From the human T2T-CHM13v2.0 reference genome, Homo sapiens, in the NCBI RefSeq assembly GCF_009914755.1, contig NC_060932.1: a stretch of DNA of 64,000 nucleotides, one strand, 5' to 3'. Both the position numbers and the translations under genes were made by a program. The notes beneath the pieces are model-generated. The model did no database searches, was not told the DNA's origin, and saw only the letters and a list, made by a program, of their open reading frames with translations. Of this stretch, positions 54,545 through 64,000 are shown in pieces. How positions within the stretch are numbered: the first letter of the stretch is position 1; every line of letters begins with the position of its first letter.

Positions 54545-56664
54545 TTTGGAAGCATTCCCCTTGAAAATCAGAATGAGACAAGAATGCCCTCTCTTACCAC
54601 TTCTATTCAGCATAGTAATGGAAGTCCTTGCCAGAGCAATCAGGCAAGAGAAAGAAATAAACAGCATCCACATAGGAAGAGAGGTAGTCAAACTATCCCT
54701 TGTTGCAGACAACATGATTCTATATCCAGAAAACCCCATAGTCTCTGCCTAAAAGCTCCTTGAGCTGATAACCAACTTCAACAAAGTTTCAGGATACAAA
54801 ATCAATGTTCAAAAATCACTAACATTTCTATACACCAACAACAGTCATGCTGAGAGCCAAATCAGGCATGCAATCCCATTCACAATTGCCACAAAAAGAA
54901 CAAAACACCTAGGAATACAGGTATCCAGGGAGGGGAGAGATCTCTACAATGGGAATTATAAAACACTGCTCAAAGAAATCAGAGATGGCACAAACAAATG
55001 GAAAAACACTCCATGGTCATGGGCAGGGAGAATCAGTATTGTGAAAATGGCCATACTGCCCACAGCAATTTACATTCAATGGTATTCCTATCAAACTGCC
55101 AAAGACATTCTTCATAGAACAGAAAAAACCATTTTAAAATTCATATGGAACCAAAGAAGGAGCCCGAATAGCCAAGGCAATCTTAAGCAAAAAGAACAAA
55201 CCTGGAGAAGTCATGTTGCCTGACTTCAAACTGTACTTTAAGGCTACAATAACCAAAACAGCATGACACTTGTACAAAAATAGACACATAGACCAATGTA
55301 ACAGAATAGAGAGTCCAGAAATAAGGCCGCACACCTACAACCATCTGATCTTTGACAAAGCTGACAAAAACAATCAATGGGGAAAAAGATTCCCTGTTCA
55401 ATAAATGGTGCTGGGATAACCGGCTAGCTACATGCAGAATGCTGAAACGGGACCCCTTCCCTATACCACATACAAAAATCAACTCAAGATGGATTAAAGA
55501 CCTAAATGTAAAACCTAACACTCTAAAAATTCTGAAAGATAACTTAGGGAATACCATTTGGGCATAGGAACTGCCAAAGATTTCATGACGGAAATGCCAA
55601 AAGCAATTGCAACAAAAGCAAAAATTGACAAATGGGATCTAATTAAACTAAAAAGCTTCTGCACAGCAAAAGAAACTATCAACAGAGTAAATAGGCAACC
55701 TACAGAAGGGGAGAAAATTTTTGCAAACTATCCATCTGATAAAGGTCTATAAGAATCTATAAGGAACTTAAAGGTACAAGCAAAAAGCAATCAACCCTAT
55801 TAAAATGGGCAAAGGATGTGAGCAGACACTTTTCAAAAGAAGACATACATGAGGTCAGCAAGCATGTGAAAAAATGCTTGGAATTACTAATCACCAGAGA
55901 AATGCAAATCAAAACCACAATGAGATACAATCTAGCACTAGTCAGAATGGCTATTGTTAAAAAGTCAAAAAATAACAGATGCTGGTGAGGTTGTAGAGAA
56001 AAGGAAATGCTATACACCGCTGGTGGGAATGTAAATTAGTTCAGCCACTGTGGAAAGCAGTGTGGTGATTCCTCAAAGACCTAAAAACAGAACTACCACT
56101 TGACCTAGCAGTCCCATTATTAGGTATATACCCAAAGGAATATAAATCATTCTACCATAAAGACACATGCATGTGTATGTTCACTGCAGCCCTGTTCACA
56201 ATAGCAAAGATATGGAATCAACCTAAATGCCCATCAATGATAGACTCACCATGGAATACTATGCAGCCATAAAAAAGAATGAGATTATGTCTTTTGCAGG
56301 AGCATGGATGGAGCTGGAGACCATTACCCTTAGCAAACTAATGCAGGAACGGAAAACCACATACCACATGTTCTCACTTATAAATGGGAGCTAAATAATC
56401 AGAACACATGGACACATAGAGGGGAACAACACACACTAGGGCCTACTTGAGGGAGGAGGATAGGAGGAGGGAGAGGTTCAGAAAAAAGTAAAAAACTGTC
56501 AGCCACCATGGTTAGTATGCCAGTGACAAAATAATCTGTACAACTAACCCCCATGACACAAACTTACCCATATAACAAACCTGCACATGTACCTCTGAAC
56601 CTAAAATAAAAGTTAAAAAATTAAAAAATAAATAAATGAAAATTTAAAGACAAACAAAAAAACT
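54545..56664 (+). mobile_element. 5'-truncated L1PA (about PA10-13): ORF2 3' half, 3'UTR and A-tail
   Basis: LEAFPLK…RQECPLLP and [12 protein letters not shown]; 3'UTR with AATAAA and A-rich tail; TSD aaaaa(c/g)agctttat at 54531-54544 and 56665-56678. Confidence 0.92.
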
Positions 56665-56669
56665 AAAAA

Positions 56670-57360
56670 GAGCTTTATCAAGATGTGATCAACATACCAT
56701 GAAACTCACTTATTTAAGGTGTGCAGTTCGTTGATTTTTAGTATATTCACATAACTGCACCACCATCACCATTGTCAATTTTGGAGCATTTTCATCACCC
56801 CGGAGGGAAACTGTCTACCTATTAAACAATCACTCCCCTTTCCATATTCCTCCTAGCCCCTTGCAAGTACTATTCTGTTTCCTATCTCCATGGATTCACC
56901 TGTCCTGGACATTTCGTATACATGGAATCCTATAATACATGGCCTTTTGTGACTGTCTTCTTTCACTTGGCATAATGTTTTCTAGGTTCATCCCTGTGGA
57001 CTTGTCAGTACTTCACTCTTTTATTCATGAATATATTGCATGAATATAACATATTTTGTTTATCCATTCATCCGTTGAGGGGCATTTGGGCTGTTTTTAC
57101 TTCTTGGCAGTCATAAGCAGTGCTGCTGTGAACATTCGCACATAAGCATCTCTGTGGACATGTGTTTTCATTTCTGGCGGTTATATACATAGGAGTGGAA
57201 TTGCTAGGTCAGATGGTCATTCTATGTTGAAGCTTTTGAGGAACTGCCAGACTGTTTTCCAAAGTGGCTGCAGCAGTTTCCACTCCCACCAGGAATATAT
57301 GTGGATTCCAATTTTTCTACATCCATGGCTTTGTTATTACCCGTCTTTTTGATTACAGAC
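56670..57360 (-). mobile_element. L1MA/MB 3' end (host of the L1PA insertion)
   Basis: agctttatcaagatgtgatcaacataccat…ggagtggaattgctagg…gaactgccagactgttttccaaagtgg. Confidence 0.8.
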
Positions 57361-59468
57361 ATTGTAGTGAATCCTTCCTTTATTTTTCTAAGGAATATTT
57401 TATGTAATGCATACACATAATAAAAAAATTTAACAGTATAAAGCAGCATAAAAATAACAAGCAAGGCTTCCTTAGATTTTAAACTTGTGGTCCTCCAGTA
57501 CCACTCCCTCCAGGTATCCACCAGTTGCTTGAGATCCTTCTGGAAATAATATCCTAAACCTATATAGGCAAATACAAACCCTCTTTTAACGAATGCAAAT
57601 GGGAGTGAGTTTTCTGCCATCTTGCATGTTTGTGCACTCATCTATGACAGCTGGAGACTCTTGGCACATAGCTCACACCTCACACTCCTTCACAGCTGCG
57701 TGGCATGCTAAGATTTGGCTGCACCACCATCTGCTTAGTCAATGCCCTCGTGGTGGATGTGGAGGCTGTTTCTGGCCTTTTGTCTATATAAACAATGCTG
57801 CTGTGAGTATCATTGAATATACGTGTCTTTGTGCACTCGTGATTATTTCTCCATCACCTCTTCTTTCTGAATGAGAATGAAGACCTAGAGTCAGAAGGGC
57901 CTTGCTGAAGCCTTTCCCATTCCTAGTGCTGTGTGATGGTGTGCAGTTGGCTGTGGGGGACTCCCGAGTGCGGCTGCAGTGTGTACACCAGTTATCTGTG
58001 GCACCACACAGTGCAAAATCCATCTAACTACTCAAGCTTCAGCTGGAGAACCTCAACAGCTGCCTCGGTGGGTCAAGGGTGAGATTTGGGGCCCTGTTCT
58101 GCCTCTGCAGGCTCTGGGGCAGGGAAGCCTTGCCTGGCCTGCAAGTGGAAGTGGCCTGGTGCACAGCACAGCACAGATCTGTGGTATCAGCACCTCTTCA
58201 TCAATCTGGTGAGACCAAAGCCAACTCTCAAAACAAACATTTCCTGCGCGAACAATGTGTTTGTTATATTTTCCTCATTTGTTTATGATGGCTGTGTCAG
58301 CCACACTGATTTACATAAACACTGCCAATCTTGGGATGTTACACTCTCAACAAAAGTAGTTGAGTACAAACAGCATTTCTTAGTTTTAATTCATATTGTC
58401 TAAACATAGCAGATGTTGATAAAATGAGCCAACAAGAAAATACAACAAAGGAGACCATTTTGAGGGGGGCTTTTGATTCAAATGCATTCCAGGTTGACAC
58501 AATGATACACTATTAATGGAATGGATCATTTAAATGTCATATTTGGCTCCTATAGAACCATAAAACAAGCTTGCCTTAAGCTTTTGCAGCTCCCAGACTC
58601 TAAATGCATAGGATGGCTGTGTCTGCATCTGCTGCCCGCCCAGTTTCTGTGGTCTCACTCCTCCATCGCTGATTTGGTTGTTTATTTTTGCACGTGTGCT
58701 GCTGCTGCTGAGTTGCAGCCTCAGTCCTGGACACACTGAGAGGTGGAACTCTCCCAGAGGATGCCCCTGCTCTTCCATGGACCATGTTAACCCATGGGTG
58801 GTATTTCCAGGGCCCAGCATGGGGCACGGAGAACCTCTTCATCTCCCTTAATGTGATCTGGGCAACCAGGTGTTCCTAATCCAAGGAGGTATGATTGCAA
58901 ATAAGGAGACACCAGCAGACGAGGAGTTTGACGATTCGTCACGCTTTCTATTGGCTACCAGGGAATAACTCCCAAAGGGCACTGGCAACCTCCTGGCACT
59001 GAGTCACTGAACATTAGGCTAGAGTGAGCAGTAGGGCCAGAATCTTCCATAGTACGGGGTGACATATCGACTTTGAATATGGACAGTGAGCTTTTGCTTA
59101 TTACAATGAGTCAGAGAAAGAGATAAAATGTAATATTGTATCTTTGCCTTTAAATGAGAATTTGGATTCTAAGAGTCTTTGAAATCAGCTGCAGTTGTCC
59201 TGGGACCCACAGTTGCTCTGGCTGGTGACCTGGTGGTGGGAGAACTTTCCCGGTGCAGTTCTGGCCCAAGAGCTGACCTTTCTCAGGCTCTGTTGGAGCG
59301 CAGTCCGTGGCAGGCAGCCTTCAGTGGGCTTGGGGAGGCCTGGAGAGTGCCCTGCTCTCTGGAGCTGCTGCATCTGTGTGTGCACGGCCTGCTGCTGGGC
59401 ATGGGGCTGCTGCTCTGTATTATATGCCTAGAGTAAAGCTCATTGCCTTCAGCTGCTTTAAAAAACTA

Positions 59469-59870
<402 letters not shown>

Positions 59871-60559
59871 CTATTATTATTATTATTGAGATTATTGGGT
59901 TTGTTCTTAGATCATGCACATTCCTGCTCACCGAAGGCCATTTACCCCTGCTTGTGTCATGTGGGGAGCTGTGTGGAGGATGTGGGGGAGTCCTTCCAGT
60001 TGGCAAGGGAGTGGGGCTCAGTGGAGGGACAGAGGTGCTCACCTACATATGGGGCCTTTGACACAAGGAAAAGAAAAAAAAAACATAACCAAGTGCTTCT
60101 TTGACTAAAGGCTCATTAAAGAGCAGGCATGAAACAGGATGATATATCTTCATCATGGCATAATGTTAATTCCATAGAATTTGGTTTATAATGCAATGGC
60201 AACATTCAGGTCCATTTTGTAGGTGGAGAAATTGAGACCAAAGAGGTTAAGTGAGTTTTGCAACACAGATTCTGGAGGCATCTCTAAACGTAGGCTAGTG
60301 TTTGGCCCTTGTCTATACTGCCCTTTTTAGTCAAGCTTTCTATGATCTCTAAACCAAGGAACCCATTATACTGCTGAGAGGAAAGACTGGTGTTTAATGC
60401 CCAAGTAAGTATAGTAATTTGTTCAGAGTCTTTGCAAAATGTTCATGAAAGACAAACACCTTCCAGCTGCAGGAGATTGTAGACGGGAAGCAGTAAAAGT
60501 GACAAAAATCTTTTTTTTTTTTTTAAATTCCTATTCGGCTTTGGACACCAAAGAGTTGT

Positions 60560-63500
60560 CATTAACTTTTTAAAAAATTGAACTTTTAATTTTGAAATAA
60601 TTGTAGGTTGATATGCAGTTGTAAAAGCAAATACAGAGTGATTGATACTGATCAATACAGAGGGATCACATGTTACTTTATGCAGTTTCCCCCCATGGTA
60701 ACATCTTGCAAATCTATAGAACAATACCATGCCTAGGGCACGGACATTGACACAGTCAAGGCACAGAACTTTTCATCACCATGAGGACACCTCCGTTTGC
60801 CCTTTTGTAGCCACACCCTCCTCCTTCCCCTGTGCACCCACCTGAAATGTGGCAACCACTAATCTGTTCTCCATTTCTAGGACTTTTTATTTATTTTACA
60901 AATTTTCTGCAGTGCCACTTGCCAACATTTCAGTGATTTCGTAATTTTAAAAATGTTATATAAATGAATCCTATGGTGTGTGACATTTTTTCACTCAGAA
61001 TAATTTTCTGGACATCCATATATGTTTTGTGTACCAATAGTTCATTTCTTTATATTGTTATGTATGTAACACATTCATTTAACCATTCACTCAGTGAAGG
61101 ACACCTGGGTTCTTCTCAGGTTTTGGTTATTACAAATAAAGTTGAACATTCTGTACAGATTTTTGTGTGAACATAAATCTTCATTTCTCTAGAATAAATG
61201 CTTGAGAGAGCAACTGCTAAGTTGTATTGTTGTTGTATGTTTAGTTTTTTATTTTCAAACTTTTATTTTCAAATTGTTTTATTTCAAACTGTTTTATTTT
61301 CAAACTGTTTTCCAGAGCTCCAGAGTGACTATGTCATTTTGCATTCTTACCAGCAATGTATGAGTGATTCAGTTTCTCAACATCCTTGTTAGCATGTGGT
61401 GTTATCACTATTATTAAATTTTAGCCATTGTGATAAGTATGCAGTGGTATCTCATGGCTATGCATCTTATTTAATTTGCATTTCTATGGCTAATGATGTT
61501 GAGCATATTTTTATGTGCTCATTTGCACCTATATATCTTCTTCAATGAAATGTCTCTTCGTCGCTTTTGCCTGTTTTTTAAAGGATTTTTTTTTCTTTTT
61601 TACTGTTGAGTTTTGACAGTTCTTTATATATTCTAGATAGGTTCTTAGTCAGATGTGTGTCTTACAAGTATTTTCTCCTAATCTGTAACTTGTCTTAATA
61701 GGATCTTAATAGGATCTTTCACAGAGGAAAAGTTTTGAATTTTGATGCAGTCCAATGTATCAATTCTTTTCTGTTATTAATTGTGCTTTTGATATATATT
61801 TAAGCACTCTTTGACAAAAGCTATATCACGTATATTTTCTCCTATGCATTTCCTAAAAGTTTTATAGTTTTACTTTTTAATTTTAAGCCCATGACACATT
61901 TTGGGTTAATTTTTGTACAATGTTTGAGACTTAGGTTGAGGCTCATTTTATTTTGCCTTTGGATGTCCAATTGCTCCAGCACCATTTGCTCATAAGCTAT
62001 CTTTACACCATTAAATGGCTTTTGCAACTTTGTCAAAAGTCTGTGGGACATATTTGCATGGGTTGACTTCTGGGTTCTTTAGTTGGTCCCATGATATACA
62101 TGTTTATCCCTCTGCCAATACTACACAGTCTTGATTAATGTAGTTATATAAGTCTTGAAATTGGGCACTGATTCTACCCATATTATTCTTCTTTTTTAAA
62201 ATTATAGCTATTCTCATTCCTTTGCCTCTTCATATATCTTTTGGAATAGTCTTGTTTATATCTACAAAAACTTCTGCTGAGATTATGATAGAAATTTTGT
62301 TAAACCTGTTTATCAGTTTTGGGGAGAATTGGCATCTTTCCTATTTGAGTCTTCCAATCCATCAACACCATATGTTTCCCTGTTTATTTAAATTATCTCT
62401 TTTTTCATCAACATTGTGTAATTTCTGCCTCACAAGTCCTATGTATGATTTGTTTCATTCGTACTGTTTCTTTTTTTTTTTTGATCAATTTTAATGGTAT
62501 TGCATTTTTACCTTCCATTGAAAGGCCATGTGTCCATGTGTTTATTGCTGGTACATAGAAATACAATCGGTTTCTTTATGTTTATTTTGTATCTATGACC
62601 TTGCTGAGCTCACTTATTAGTTCTAGGAGTTTTTTCTCTTCAGGTTCTTTGTGGTTTTATATGTAGACCACGTGTCATCTGCAAACAGGAGCTGGTTCAT
62701 GAGTTTCTTCTCTGATCTGTGGCCCTTCGTTTCCTTTTCTTGCCTTTTTGCAATGGCTCGATAGAACTTCCAGCACTATGTTGAATAAGAATGTTAGAGT
62801 AGACATCTTTACTTTGTTCTCAACCTTAGAGAGAAAACATTCAGTCATTCACTTGTAATATTAAGTATAATGTTAGCCTCAGGGTGTTTGTAGACGTTCT
62901 TTATCAAGTAGAGGAAGTTTCTCTCTATTCTTAATTTTTTGAGAGTTTGTAAAAATCATGAATGAATACTGAATTTTGTTAACTGCTTTTTCTGCATTGT
63001 TCGGTACAATCATGTGATTTTTCTCAGGGGTATAGCTCGGGGTAGAGCGTCTGACTTGACTACACAATCATGTGATTTTTCTTTTTTAGTCTGCATTATA
63101 GTGGATTGCAACGATTGCTTTTCAAATACTAAGCCAGCATTGCATCTTTGAAATAAAACCCTATTGGTACTGAGTGTAATTCTTTTTACATATTGTAGGA
63201 TTCTATTTGTTAATATTTTGCTAAAGATTTTTATACTATATTCATGAGGGACACCAGGCTTTGTTGCTTCTGTTGTACTGTGTTTTTCTAGTTCCGAACT
63301 GGGACGTGTTCATTCCTCTTCTATTTTCTGAAATGATTCTGTATAGTTGGCATCTATTCTTTTTTATATGTTTGGTAGAATTCTCCAGTGACACCACCTG
63401 GACCTGCAGATTTCCTTTCTGGGAGATTGTTAATTATGAATTCAATTGTCTTAATAGTTTTAGGGTTAACACAATGATCTTTGAAGTAATTATTTAGTAT

Positions 63501-63594
63501 TGTAGTAGTTTGAGTTTTTCAAGGAATTGCTTCATATCATCTAATTTGTCAGATTTATGTGTATAGAATTGTTCACTGTATTCCCTTATTATCC
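60560..63594 (-). mobile_element. L1MC-like element (3'UTR and ORF2 3' part)
   Basis: Reverse L1 motifs: ttgctccagcaccatttg, gtcatctgcaaacagg, agaacttccagcactatgttgaataag, tttggtagaattctccagtg. Confidence 0.8.
63025..63063 (+). pseudogene. Tailless retro-insertion of a tRNA-Cys(GCA) 5' half
   Basis: ggggtatagctcggggtagagcgtctgact resembles tRNA-Cys GGGGGTATAGCTCAGGGGTAGAGCATTTGACT; perfect 19-bp TSD acaatcatgtgatttttct at 63006-63024 and 63064-63082. Confidence 0.8.

Positions 63595-64000
<406 letters not shown>

Noticed and set aside
32450-59113. Scattered AP-1 sites as super-enhancer evidence
   Set aside because: About eight 7-mers noticed over ~27 kb, only modestly above chance; not supportable without chromatin data.
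63025-63063. Functional tRNA gene
   Set aside because: Only the 5' half is present; no T-arm/B-box or 3' acceptor stem.

Overview
Primate (most likely human) genomic DNA, judged from AluS/AluY, HERV-W, HERV9, HML-3 and LTR7 elements. I found no cellular protein-coding exon; the ORF track reflects retroelement remnants, repeats and chance ORFs. The first ~26 kb is a nested stack of retroelements. An old ERV1 (HUERS-P3/MER4-group-like, with an env remnant and a truncated 3' LTR) is split by a two-LTR HERV9 (LTR12) provirus at 2650-12577 (4-bp TSD). That provirus carries an antisense, L1-mobilised HERV-W processed pseudogene at 5719-9209 (15-bp TSD) and an AluY. Next is a 3'-truncated old L1 split by a two-LTR HERV-K(HML-3)/MER9 provirus at 14339-20341 (6-bp TSD), followed by a MER9 solo LTR. 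The 26-64 kb part has a CpG-rich promoter-like region (~30-30.7 kb), a solo LTR7, Alus, L1 fragments, MaLR, a 30-bp minisatellite and simple repeats. Near the right end are a TSD-flanked tRNA-Cys 5'-half retro-insertion and a probable processed-pseudogene 3' end. The most notable observations are the long imperfect inverted repeat formed by HERV-W inside HERV9, the tandem dual tRNA-Arg PBS, the tRNA-half insertion and an open HML-3 pro frame. Repeat family names come from recalled consensus sequences, not from a database search.
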